A program made the position numbers and the translations under genes. Positions 37,754-47,640 of a stretch of 64,000 nt of DNA are shown here, piece by piece (position 1 is the stretch's first letter; each line of letters begins with the position of its first letter). Below the pieces are notes generated by a model. It was not told where the DNA came from and did not search any database. It worked only from the letters and a program-made list of their open reading frames with translations. Where the stretch lies: positions 68,257 through 132,256 of the forward strand of contig CANTCS010000001.1 in NCBI GenBank assembly GCA_947652375.1, read 5' to 3'. The DNA is from an uncultured Mollicutes bacterium. Lineage in GTDB: Bacteria > Bacillota_I > Bacilli_A > RF39 > UBA660.

Positions 37754-38623
37754 CTACCTTTCTATTTCAAATTCTAAATCATTATTACTTTTACTAATCT
37801 TTTCTGCTGCAAGTCTACACTTATAAATAAGATCTAATGAAAGTTTTGATAAATTATGTGCAATATAATCAGCATTTCTAACAATCAATCTAGCAGACGG
37901 TTCTTTTGCATTACCTCTTGATTCAATAATAGATTCAATATATTCATCTGCATTAAACTCTTTCCCATATTTGTAAAGGTTATAAACAACACTTGTAGCA
38001 TTACTATTTGAAACATCAATATTAAAAGAAAATTTACTATTACTATCTAAAGGAAATTGGAGTTTCCAATCGTTTCCTTCTGAAACAACATTCCAATTAC
38101 ATTCTTCAATAATTGATTTTAATTTACTTAGTGAAATATTACTAATATTTATATTTTCTCTATTTTTAAAATACTTCCCTATTTTTAACTCTTTAAATAT
38201 CTTATCTAAATCTGTATGCCAGTTAGGAATAAATGTATCCTTACTTAAAAGTTCTATTTCTAAACTGCGAAAAGAATTGTTATAGTATGCTTTAAAGCCT
38301 CCAATATTATAATGTGCTATATCACCACAAGCATTAGTAAAAAAGTGGTACATATTCTCATTTAAATTATCCAAAGTTTCATCCTTTTGAAGTTTTCTAT
38401 ATTGCTTAACAATTTTTTCAAATGGATATACAGTATTACCATCATATAAAATATCTGATTTTAATTTGTTATCATCTATACATTGTTGAATAATTAATCT
38501 ATCTTTACTTTCATTACCTGTAAGAGAAAGATTATTAATTATATCTTGCTCAAATTCTATTACTGATTTACTACCAAAGAGTGCAATTTTAATTCCATTT
38601 TTATTAATATCAATACGATTCAA
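37754..38623 (-). CDS. Hypothetical protein (289 aa)
   Basis: Long ORF with no family recognised. Confidence 0.4.
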   Translation of the reverse strand: MNRIDINKNGIKIALFGSKSVIEFEQDIINNLSLTGNESKDRLIIQQCIDDNKLKSDILYDGNTVYPFEKIVKQYRKLQKDETLDNLNENMYHFFTNACGDIAHYNIGGFKAYYNNSFRSLEIELLSKDTFIPNWHTDLDKIFKELKIGKYFKNRENINISNISLSKLKSIIEECNWNVVSEGNDWKLQFPLDSNSKFSFNIDVSNSNATSVVYNLYKYGKEFNADEYIESIIESRGNAKEPSARLIVRNADYIAHNLSKLSLDLIYKCRLAAEKISKSNNDLEFEIER

Positions 38624-38639
38624 TTATAAAGCTCCTTTC

Positions 38640-39089
38640 TTATTTTTCTATTTCATCTTCCTTATCTAATTCTTGTTTTTGTTCTTCTCTCTTTTTCCAC
38701 TCAATTAAACCTCTTGATGTTTTTCCAATTTCACTCCAACTACAATTACGATTAGCAATACCCTTTCTATCATTTAAATCTTTCATAATACGAAGTGCAA
38801 TACACTTATATGAATGGTCTTCAAAACAAGATAAATCATTAATAATAACTCCTATATATCTATCTTCATATTTATCTTTGAGTATTGCTGTCAAATTATA
38901 ATAATTTTTATTATAAGAAACAATATCTAAATCATATCTAGCAACTTGTTCTTTTAAACTTTCTTTCATTTGATTAGGATACTTTTCATAATTTTTTTTA
39001 GAAGATAATTTCAACACCTTTTCTTCTATAAACTTATTGTAATCCATTAAACTTTTCTTCTTCCCTAGAACAGTTGCTAGAAATAACAC
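38640..39089 (-). CDS. Hypothetical protein
   Basis: 149-aa ORF (the start may be the internal MDYNKF at 39047). No family recognised. Confidence 0.35.
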   Translation of the reverse strand: MLFLATVLGKKKSLMDYNKFIEEKVLKLSSKKNYEKYPNQMKESLKEQVARYDLDIVSYNKNYYNLTAILKDKYEDRYIGVIINDLSCFEDHSYKCIALRIMKDLNDRKGIANRNCSWSEIGKTSRGLIEWKKREEQKQELDKEDEIEK

Positions 39090-39161
39090 AACACGAATAC
39101 AAAAAAAGTAACAAAGTTAATATTACTATAATTCCTAAAATAATTAATATAATTTTTAACA

Positions 39162-40196
39162 TTAAATATCCCTTTCTATCTCATAATTTTCATTATCTAA
39201 TTGAAATTCTATATTATTAAGCATCTTCTCATACATAATATCATCATTTTCAATTGCTATGCTATTTCTTTTAGTATTAAAACATGCAACAACAAAATTA
39301 CCACTACCTGCAAATTGATCTAATAGCGTTTCATAAGGTTTAGATATATATGTGATAATTTCTTGTAAAAGTTGAACTGGCTTTTCTGCCTCCATTACTT
39401 TTTCATTCTTGCCCCTAGGCTGATAATCAAAAGTGGTAGGAAGCATACCATTAGTGCCTTTCATATAACAAACTGTTAACTCATTCTCTACCAATATATC
39501 TCTTACTTCATAAGAGCTTTTACCTTTAACATTAATATTATTTTTTAATGCTGTTTCTATATTTTTTTTAGCATCAAGTTTTAATGCTCTAGGTTCCCCT
39601 TTAGAAAATATCATCACATCTTCAGTATTTTTGGATTTCCTACCAGTATTTGCTATAAACTCTCCTTTTTTCCAAGGAACTTTTGCAAAATACTTAAAGC
39701 CACTATTAATTGCCATTTGTTTAATTTGATATAAATATTCAAAATTAATTTCAGATTCTTCAGGTAAAAATTCTACCATGAAAGCACCATCTTTTAATAC
39801 TCTTTGTTTTTCATTAAAATCTTTTTGATTATATTTAAATAGTTCATAGGAGGCAAATTTTCTATTGCCTCCTGTTAAAGCTTTATTTAAATCATAAGGA
39901 TGATCTGTAATAATTCCATCAATAGAATTATCTTCAATCATTGATAAATCTCTTCCATCACCATTAATTAAAAGGCAATTGTTAGGTTTGCCATTTATTT
40001 GTGATGATACTTTATAAACCCCACGAGTAATCTTTTTAAATAATCCCTTATCAACGCCTTCGTAAATTCTTGCTCTAATTGATTCATTATTAACATCCAT
40101 ATTTTTAATATTTTTAACTAAATTAGTAGCCTCTTGTATAGTGAATTTTTCATCATCCAAAAAATATTGAAATAAATTCATTTGAATAGTGTTCAT
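39162..40196 (-). CDS. Orphan beta-class N6-adenine/N4-cytosine DNA methyltransferase
   Basis: Motif IV variant GIITDHPYD precedes motif I LDQFAGSGN (beta-class order). There is an N-terminal HTH-like region. No adjacent nuclease was recognised. Confidence 0.75.
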   Translation of the reverse strand: MNTIQMNLFQYFLDDEKFTIQEATNLVKNIKNMDVNNESIRARIYEGVDKGLFKKITRGVYKVSSQINGKPNNCLLINGDGRDLSMIEDNSIDGIITDHPYDLNKALTGGNRKFASYELFKYNQKDFNEKQRVLKDGAFMVEFLPEESEINFEYLYQIKQMAINSGFKYFAKVPWKKGEFIANTGRKSKNTEDVMIFSKGEPRALKLDAKKNIETALKNNINVKGKSSYEVRDILVENELTVCYMKGTNGMLPTTFDYQPRGKNEKVMEAEKPVQLLQEIITYISKPYETLLDQFAGSGNFVVACFNTKRNSIAIENDDIMYEKMLNNIEFQLDNENYEIERDI

Positions 40197-40205
40197 TTAT
40201 AATCC

Positions 40206-40940
40206 TTAATTAGCATTAGGTAGTAAAGCTTTAAATGATGTTTTATATTTATAGTTTATATTACGAAGTTGCCTTTTCTTTAAACAAGGACTTATCATTT
40301 CTTTTAGATGATTATATAATTCTTCTTCACTATCAAATTCTTGCTTTACAATATATTGATCAAATGGGACATCTTCAATGCTTTTATCTAATTCATTATA
40401 TTTAATTACCCATTTTTCTCCAGAATAATTATAATGTTCAATCCATATTATTTTATTTATTTTTTCACTAACTAATAATAATCTTAATTCCTTTATACCA
40501 TCATTTTTTCTCCAAGTAGAATCATCTGCAATTAATCCTATATCTGCATAAGAAATAAGATTATATATGCCTTCATATATACTTCCTACTGGACTAATAA
40601 TAGAATATCCCAAATGTTTTATTAGTAATTGTTTTAATTTATAAACTAAATTAGTTAAAGAGGTAAAATTATAAAATTCAATTTTCTCATATTGATAAGT
40701 ATCAAAACTTTCTGGGCTTGTCGATTGAATCATAATAGTATAATCTTTATACGAATTTGAGATATTAATTTCTTCTTTTAACTCTATATTGTTAATACGA
40801 ATATCTAAAGAAAATTCTCCATTTTCATTAACACCTGAAAAATCTACCAATCTTTCTATATCTAATCCATATATTAATTGATAAAGTTCTTCATAAGAAC
40901 TGGGATAATTCTTTTTTTTCAATTCTTTTAATCTTATCAT
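40206..40940 (-). CDS. Hypothetical protein (244 aa)
   Basis: ORF with no family recognised and no convincing PD-(D/E)xK motif. Confidence 0.35.
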   Translation of the reverse strand: MIRLKELKKKNYPSSYEELYQLIYGLDIERLVDFSGVNENGEFSLDIRINNIELKEEINISNSYKDYTIMIQSTSPESFDTYQYEKIEFYNFTSLTNLVYKLKQLLIKHLGYSIISPVGSIYEGIYNLISYADIGLIADDSTWRKNDGIKELRLLLVSEKINKIIWIEHYNYSGEKWVIKYNELDKSIEDVPFDQYIVKQEFDSEEELYNHLKEMISPCLKKRQLRNINYKYKTSFKALLPNAN

Positions 40941-40970
40941 AAAATAATCCTCCTTATATAAAAAGACATG

Positions 40971-43900
40971 TTATCCGTGAACGGTATAACATGCCTCAGC
41001 CTCATTACCATTTCTATCAATAGCATAACCACATAAAGTACGACCTTCAGGATCTTTTAAATATAAAACATTTTCTAAAATTCTTGAAGCTCCTATTTCT
41101 CGACCTGCACCATGACCATTTTTATATGGTACTAGCCATGTTTCAAATCTATCTACACCGACACCATTATCGTAAGCATCTATTGAAATTTTTATATCAT
41201 GTCCACCTCTTGAGTTTGGACCTAATACTTGAACACTAAACCCTGTAATTGTTGGTGGAGTATCATCATACCAGTTAGCAGTAAATGTTCTGTTACCTAT
41301 TGATCCTTTTGGAATTGTTACATTTTTAGAATTACCATTAATTTCTGTTCCTGACCATCCCACAAAAGAAAATTCTCCATATTTACTAGGATTATTTAAA
41401 GTAAATGAATTACTTTCTACTGTATAAGTAATAGGATTAGAAGGTAAAGAACTCATATTCGTTTTATAAGATATTGTATAAGTAATTACTTCCCAGTTTG
41501 CAGTATATTCTTTATTACCAATGTTCCCTTTTTCTATTTGAACACTTTTAGATGGTGTTGATCCATTAGAACCAGTCCATCCTAAAAATGTATAGCCTTT
41601 TCTTGTTGGATTTGTCAAAGTAAAAGTATTTGTTTCAACATTATATTGTGTTGGATTTGATGAAACACTACCACCATTTAAATTATAAGAAATATTATAA
41701 GTAATTATTTGCCAGTCAGCCTTTAATTCATGATCAAATGCTTTTTGCATAACAGTTGTTTCTTCGATTAAAGAATTACCATAATGCCAACCTTTAAATG
41801 TGTATCCTCTTCTTTGAGCAGTTGGTAAAATACCATATAAACTATTATAAGAAATCGCTATACTACTAGGGCTTACTATTCCTTGATTTGAATTTAAATT
41901 AACATTATATATATTAGCTTCCCAGTTTGCAGTATACTCTTTATTACCAATCGAATGTTTTGGGATAGTTATATTTACCTTTGGTTTTAATCCATTAGAA
42001 CCAGTCCATCCTAAAAATGTATAACCTGTTCTAGTTGGTATTGGTAATGAAAATGATTCACTTTCAACATTATAATGAATTTCTTTTAAATCACCTGTAC
42101 CTTCCATATTTAAGTTATATTTAATTGTATAATCATTTGTTGAATATTGAGCTTTAAAAATAGTATCTTTCTTAATAATTTCATCATCTGAACCCCAACC
42201 TATAAATGTATAGCCATCAATAAATGGATCTTCAGGAGCTACTGAATTATTTCCATAATCAACTATTTCTTCTTTTAATATTACATCAAACAAATCATAA
42301 TATTTAACATTTAATTTAATAATTCCCCATTTTGCATATAAATCTATAACTTTGCCATCTTCTTTAGATAGATTATATAGTTGTTGTTCATCTGTATATA
42401 TAACATTACCATTTTCTTCAGTTGACCAACCAAGAAAATTATATCCTTCTCTTGTAAAACTATTTTTGTTTAAATTAAATCTATTATTATATTTAACCTT
42501 TGTATTATCCATCATTCCATTTCCACCATTAGAATGATAAACAATAGAATAAGAAATAGGTTTATAGTTTGCTGTTAATTCTATATTATCAATAGTTCCT
42601 TTTGGTATTTCAAAATCTTTCTTAAAGGTATCGTCTTCATTTATAGTCCATCCAAGGAAAATATATCCTTCTTTATTTGGATTAGGTATTTTAAATGTTT
42701 CAGTTTCTACATCAAATGATTCTTTAACATCTTCTATTGTTCCACCAACTAAATTATAAGTAATATCATATTTTATTGTGTTCCAATTAGCATTAATTGT
42801 TACATCATTAGATTCATTAAAAACTGTATTTTCCGAAACATCTTTATTGCTATTATCAGTCCAACCTACAAATTCATATCCATCCTTAGTTACTAAAGGC
42901 AATTCTCCATATTTAGAATCATAATTAACTATTTTAGGATTGACCTCTTCGTTCGCACCATTTGTATTAAATATTAATTGATATGAATTGGGGATATAAT
43001 TAGCAATTAAATCTATGTTACCAATTGCTCCTTTTTTTATCTCATAATCTTTATTTAAATTTTCATCTATTTTATTAGACCATCCTAGAAATGTATAACC
43101 TTTTTTACTAGGAGTTGGAATTTTATAAGAATCATTTTCAATAGTATAAGTTGAAGGAACATCTTCTTCAAATGTTCCTCCACTTAAATCATAAGATATT
43201 TCATAATCATTAATATTATAAAGTGCTGTTATTTTTAGATTATCATTAACTGTTTTTATATCATTATCCCATTTTAAAAATGTATATCCTTTTCTTTCAG
43301 GATCATCTGGAACAATTATACTATCTCCATAATCATATCTATCTTTATGAATGGTTGAGCCATCATAATCTAAAAATTCCACATCAAATGATTCAATATG
43401 CCACATTGCATATAGAATTACTTTATCATTATTTTTTGTAGACAAATTAAATACTTCCATCTCATCTAGGTATATAGGTTCTCCATCTTTTTCAGTTGAC
43501 CAGCCAGTAAATCTATGTCCTTCTTTACTTAATGTGCTTTTGGGTAAATTACATACTTCATTTCCAACGCAAACAATTTTTTCCATTGTTCCAACTCCAC
43601 CATTAGAATCAAAAACTATTGTATATTTTATTCCTTCAGCTTTTTCTACTTTATCCCTTTTAGGAATATATTTATATGGATCATCTTCCTGCTTTTTATC
43701 CGTTTTTGGTTCTTCTTTAGAGTTGTTATCTGGTATTACTTCCTCTTGATTATTATTTATTGGTTTATTTTCAGGTATATCCTTTTTACAATTTAAACAT
43801 AAAAATAGCAATAGAAAAAGTAATAGTAAAAACAATAATATTAAAAAAGGTGTACTAGTTTTCAATAATACATATTTATTATCTCCTACCCATATATACC

Positions 43901-44123
43901 CTTTTTTAAATCCAAAAATTCTTTCTTTTATAATATATTCATTATCATTAAAACATAATAAATCCAACTCTTCATTATCAGAGTCGGATTTATATTTTTT
44001 TAACTTAGTTTTACCAATGATAATATTATCCTTATTTTTATTAAATTCTTTCTTTTTTATATAAGGAACTTCTTTATAATATTTTGAACTCTCATGATTA
44101 TTAACAATATATTTATGACTCAT
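40971..44123 (-). CDS. Giant membrane-anchored surface protein with about 11 Listeria-Bacteroides (Flg_new-type) repeats
   Basis: Cytoplasmic head of about 85 aa and one TM (FLILLFLLLLFLLLFLCL). Reiterated units of 70-80 aa end in GYTF(L/K)GW, and an Ig-like C-terminal domain follows. The nucleotide sequence is visibly repetitive. Confidence 0.7.
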   Translation of the reverse strand: MSHKYIVNNHESSKYYKEVPYIKKKEFNKNKDNIIIGKTKLKKYKSDSDNEELDLLCFNDNEYIIKERIFGFKKGYIWVGDNKYVLLKTSTPFLILLFLLLLFLLLFLCLNCKKDIPENKPINNNQEEVIPDNNSKEEPKTDKKQEDDPYKYIPKRDKVEKAEGIKYTIVFDSNGGVGTMEKIVCVGNEVCNLPKSTLSKEGHRFTGWSTEKDGEPIYLDEMEVFNLSTKNNDKVILYAMWHIESFDVEFLDYDGSTIHKDRYDYGDSIIVPDDPERKGYTFLKWDNDIKTVNDNLKITALYNINDYEISYDLSGGTFEEDVPSTYTIENDSYKIPTPSKKGYTFLGWSNKIDENLNKDYEIKKGAIGNIDLIANYIPNSYQLIFNTNGANEEVNPKIVNYDSKYGELPLVTKDGYEFVGWTDNSNKDVSENTVFNESNDVTINANWNTIKYDITYNLVGGTIEDVKESFDVETETFKIPNPNKEGYIFLGWTINEDDTFKKDFEIPKGTIDNIELTANYKPISYSIVYHSNGGNGMMDNTKVKYNNRFNLNKNSFTREGYNFLGWSTEENGNVIYTDEQQLYNLSKEDGKVIDLYAKWGIIKLNVKYYDLFDVILKEEIVDYGNNSVAPEDPFIDGYTFIGWGSDDEIIKKDTIFKAQYSTNDYTIKYNLNMEGTGDLKEIHYNVESESFSLPIPTRTGYTFLGWTGSNGLKPKVNITIPKHSIGNKEYTANWEANIYNVNLNSNQGIVSPSSIAISYNSLYGILPTAQRRGYTFKGWHYGNSLIEETTVMQKAFDHELKADWQIITYNISYNLNGGSVSSNPTQYNVETNTFTLTNPTRKGYTFLGWTGSNGSTPSKSVQIEKGNIGNKEYTANWEVITYTISYKTNMSSLPSNPITYTVESNSFTLNNPSKYGEFSFVGWSGTEINGNSKNVTIPKGSIGNRTFTANWYDDTPPTITGFSVQVLGPNSRGGHDIKISIDAYDNGVGVDRFETWLVPYKNGHGAGREIGASRILENVLYLKDPEGRTLCGYAIDRNGNEAEACYTVHG

Positions 44124-44144
44124 AAATTGCTCCTTTCATGATTT

Positions 44145-47100
44145 TTACTTTCTTCTTTTCTTTTTGTTTAATGATATTAAAATTGCTGCTATACCTGCAA
44201 AAGAAAGCCCACCAATAGTTAAATATAAAGTCATATTGTCATCATATCCAGTTTGAACACCATTATTTTCTTGGATAACAGGTAATAGTGTATCTTGATA
44301 TTTTATACTATAAAGTAAATCTTCATTTGTTTCTACTAGCTTATCATTAATGAATAAGCCTTCATCATTTAGTTTTATACGAACAATTTCAGATGAAATA
44401 GAATACCCTTCAGGTGCTTCATATTCACTGGCAAACCATTCCCCATAATAAATTGGTATTAAAGCTGTTCCATCTTCAATATTAGCATGATATATATCTA
44501 CTACTTCTTTACATGCTTCATCTTTACACAATCTAAATGAAAAGTCTTTACTAATTATATTCTCTAAAGTTTTATCATCAACTTTATTAATTAAAACATA
44601 GTTTTTTATTGGCTCGTTATATACCTTTTCTGAATTTGATATTTTTTCAATATTTTGACCTTTATATTTTGTATCTACTGCAAGTTTTTCGGTATTTTTA
44701 TAATATCCATTCAATTCTTGTTCTTCTAAAATTTCAAAATAAATTTCATCATCAAATGAAAGTGGAAGATCAGCATTAAATACATATTTACCTTTATCAT
44801 CAGTTTTACCCACTTCTATTAATTCTCCAGCTTTAACTAACACTTTTCCATCATAAGATAAAATATCTTTAGTTGCTTTCAAATTAAAAATAACACCTTC
44901 TAGTGCTATATCTCTATCTGAATCTAATTTAGTTAAATCTACTTCTACTTTTTGTCTTTTATTAGTAATAGAAAGTGTTTCCATTACTACTTCAGTTTCA
45001 TTATCTTTAAATTCTAAATTGATATTATATTTCTTTGTATCAATAATCATTCCTTGTGGTGCTTTATATTCATAAGCCACATAATGTCCTAAAGGAAGTA
45101 AATTAGATAAAGTATATTCTTCGCTAGTAGTAGTAACTATATCAACTACTTCCCCTTTTTTATAAATTACTGAACCGTCTGCGGGATCAATTATATCCTC
45201 ATCAGCTTGAATATAAACTACCATTCCCTCTAAACTTTTTTCTTCATAGATAAATTTGATATTATCATTTTCATCTTTTTCAATACCTGTTAATACTTCT
45301 CCTCTTTTAGAAACTTTAACTTGTCCTTTAACAGCTTGATCATACATTGTAACTGTTAATATTGGATCACCGTCTTCATCCACTTCTACAATATTAGCAT
45401 TTGTTACTTTAAAATTTTGACCTTCTTTATTAATAACATATAAGTCAGGACTTTCAATTTCTTCAAGAATCCAATTACCAGCCTTAACTTCTAATGGAAG
45501 TTGGAAGAAACCTTTATCTGAAGTTTTCCAAGTATCATAAGTTTTATCAGCAACCTTTTGTGTTAAATATTCTCCAGTATCAGCATTTTTAATTTTAAAA
45601 GAAGTATTAGACATAGTTATTAATTTACCAGTATCTTTATCTCTTTTAACTAATTTTAAATAAGAAGTAAAATTACGATTGTTAATTATATATTTTATTG
45701 TATCTTGATTTTCCCTAGCTACTTTAAATTCCCAAGTATTTTTTACCATATCTGTATCAATTTTACCTTTTACTTGTTTTACTACAAATGTTCCATAAGC
45801 AAGTTTTCTACTTTTAGCATACCCTTTGCTAGAAGTAATTAGTTTATCATATTCCTTTTCTGTAAATTCATTTCTATGATTCCATGCTTCTTCTATACTT
45901 CCATATTTCTCTACATACTTTTTAGCTACAACTAAAAATTCTGCTCCTTCTTCTTTTTCAACTATCTCAGATTCATCACCTGAAGTAATAATTTTTTCTA
46001 ATTCAAAATCTCCAACAATTACACTTTCTTTTGATGTTGTTTTATTAGTTACAACTTTTGCATTTTGATTTGCATAAGTTAAACTAAATTTATGAACTGT
46101 TGGATCAATTGAGAAGCCAATTCCAGCTGTTAGTTCACGCCACTCATAATCACCAAGATATAAATCTTCTACCTTTGCTTCACCATTTGCAATGCGAATT
46201 TTAGTTATTTCAGTTCCTTTAGTATAAATTACCGAATTATCTGCTGGATCTAAAATATCGGAACTAGCATATAACCCATACACAGCACCATCTATTTCAG
46301 ACTCATTTTGTGCATATTTTACATCGGCATCTTCCTTAAATAAATAAGCAGTACCTCTAACTCTTTCGTTAGTTAAACTAACTTTTACACTACCACTTCC
46401 TGTTGCTTTATCACTTACAGTTGTATTATCTGGATTTAACCAGTATTTTGTTTTAGTCTTTGTTTCAATAACTGTAAATGTATGAGTTTGTGATGCTTTT
46501 TGTGTTGCTGCTTTTTGTGCTTCAGCATCTGCTGCTGCTTGTGCCTCTACCCTACTATGAAATGCACCTCTTTGATCTACTTCGGCTTTTCCAGCATCTC
46601 CTAAATCATCCCAGTTTGTTACAAAGGTTTTAGGTGAAGATGTAGAAGAGTGGGAAACTATTGATGTTGATACTGCATTACCACTTGCATCAGTGACTCC
46701 AGATGAAAATTTAACCCCATCTCTATAAAAATCCACCTCCACTCCAGATAGTGGCTTGTTTGTTTCAATATCAGTTTTATGAAAAGTTATTTCTACTCTT
46801 TCATCTGATGTTTTAGTAGAACTTAATGTATCATATACAGGTTCCACCTCAGTTAATCTAAATACAGAGATATAATCCATAGAATTTACATGTGGTGGTA
46901 TATTAAGTGGCATAATACTATATTCTGTATCATTTAATGATGAAGCATTAATAGTTGATACATTAGTAGCCATAACATAATCTTTTATGCCTGTAGTTCC
47001 AGCACCATAATTAGCAATAGTTTTTCCATAAATGTGCATAAAACCTACATGACCATCACCTGTATATGAAGCTTTATCTTCTGGTCTTTGAATAATTAAA

Positions 47101-47516
47101 TCGCCATTTTTAAATAAATGAGCATTTGCTTCTATATCTTTAATATATCCTTGCCAAATTAATTTTGCATCTTCAGGATGATTCATTGCGTTTTTATACA
47201 TTGCAGCTGGAGAATACCTTGCACCTGTACCTTCAGGTTGTTTAGTATCAATATTGTAAGGATGAGTTCCAACTACTGATGTTCCAATACCTAATTTATT
47301 TAATGTACGAGTAACTAATCCTGTACAAGTTCCTACCTCCCAATATCCCCAACTACTATAATTTTGAGCCACTTCAATAATCTTATCACCAGATACATTT
47401 GAAAGTGCATGAACTTCAGTTATAAATGGTGTAATAGGAATTGAAGCAAGAAAAATACCTACTGCCATAACTGCATTTAAAAATTTTTTTAACTTCATAC
47501 CAAATTTCTTCTTCAC
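44145..47516 (-). CDS. Cell-wall-anchored adhesin: NlpC/P60-like head, Cna-B/SpaA-type stalk, GVQTG sorting signal
   Basis: GTG start with GAAAGGAGA SD and a signal peptide. Cys (GTCTGLV) and His (GDGHVGFMHIYG) in the head. Repeated prealbumin-like stalk modules (GDYEWRELTAGIGF, GHYVAYEYKAPQGM, GEWFASEYEAPEGY). The C-terminus is NNGVQTG, then a hydrophobic helix, then KKKRRK. Confidence 0.8.
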   Translation of the reverse strand: MKKKFGMKLKKFLNAVMAVGIFLASIPITPFITEVHALSNVSGDKIIEVAQNYSSWGYWEVGTCTGLVTRTLNKLGIGTSVVGTHPYNIDTKQPEGTGARYSPAAMYKNAMNHPEDAKLIWQGYIKDIEANAHLFKNGDLIIQRPEDKASYTGDGHVGFMHIYGKTIANYGAGTTGIKDYVMATNVSTINASSLNDTEYSIMPLNIPPHVNSMDYISVFRLTEVEPVYDTLSSTKTSDERVEITFHKTDIETNKPLSGVEVDFYRDGVKFSSGVTDASGNAVSTSIVSHSSTSSPKTFVTNWDDLGDAGKAEVDQRGAFHSRVEAQAAADAEAQKAATQKASQTHTFTVIETKTKTKYWLNPDNTTVSDKATGSGSVKVSLTNERVRGTAYLFKEDADVKYAQNESEIDGAVYGLYASSDILDPADNSVIYTKGTEITKIRIANGEAKVEDLYLGDYEWRELTAGIGFSIDPTVHKFSLTYANQNAKVVTNKTTSKESVIVGDFELEKIITSGDESEIVEKEEGAEFLVVAKKYVEKYGSIEEAWNHRNEFTEKEYDKLITSSKGYAKSRKLAYGTFVVKQVKGKIDTDMVKNTWEFKVARENQDTIKYIINNRNFTSYLKLVKRDKDTGKLITMSNTSFKIKNADTGEYLTQKVADKTYDTWKTSDKGFFQLPLEVKAGNWILEEIESPDLYVINKEGQNFKVTNANIVEVDEDGDPILTVTMYDQAVKGQVKVSKRGEVLTGIEKDENDNIKFIYEEKSLEGMVVYIQADEDIIDPADGSVIYKKGEVVDIVTTTSEEYTLSNLLPLGHYVAYEYKAPQGMIIDTKKYNINLEFKDNETEVVMETLSITNKRQKVEVDLTKLDSDRDIALEGVIFNLKATKDILSYDGKVLVKAGELIEVGKTDDKGKYVFNADLPLSFDDEIYFEILEEQELNGYYKNTEKLAVDTKYKGQNIEKISNSEKVYNEPIKNYVLINKVDDKTLENIISKDFSFRLCKDEACKEVVDIYHANIEDGTALIPIYYGEWFASEYEAPEGYSISSEIVRIKLNDEGLFINDKLVETNEDLLYSIKYQDTLLPVIQENNGVQTGYDDNMTLYLTIGGLSFAGIAAILISLNKKKRRK

Positions 47517-47611
47517 AATATTCTCCTTTCATAAATTGGTACTACTTAAAAACATTTTAAATTTATCTCTCATCCCCTTTCTTTATAAACAAAAAACAGA
47601 GAAAAAAGCAC

Positions 47612-47640
47612 AAAAAAAATAGACACAAAATTATGTCTAT
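47612..47640 (-). terminator. Intrinsic terminator separating the upstream cargo genes from the adhesin operon
   Basis: The minus strand reads ATAGACA-taattttg-TGTCTAT followed by TTTTTTTT. Confidence 0.6.

Larger units (their letters stand above)
9300..47640. mobile_element. Integrative conjugative element, minimal extent (integrase end to adhesin operon); the true right end is undetermined and may lie beyond 47.6 kb
   Basis: Contiguous same-strand set: tyrosine integrase, excisionase, relaxase, ArdC, SSB, CHAP hydrolase, VirB4, PrgI-like, VirB6-like, Maff2-like, VirD4, primase, methyltransferase, sortase and sortase-substrate adhesin. Confidence 0.75.

Noticed and set aside
39162-40940. 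Methyltransferase plus neighbour as a type II restriction-modification system
   Set aside because: I found no PD-(D/E)xK, HNH or GIY-YIG motif in 40206..40940 or the other neighbours. Orphan methylases are common on conjugative elements.
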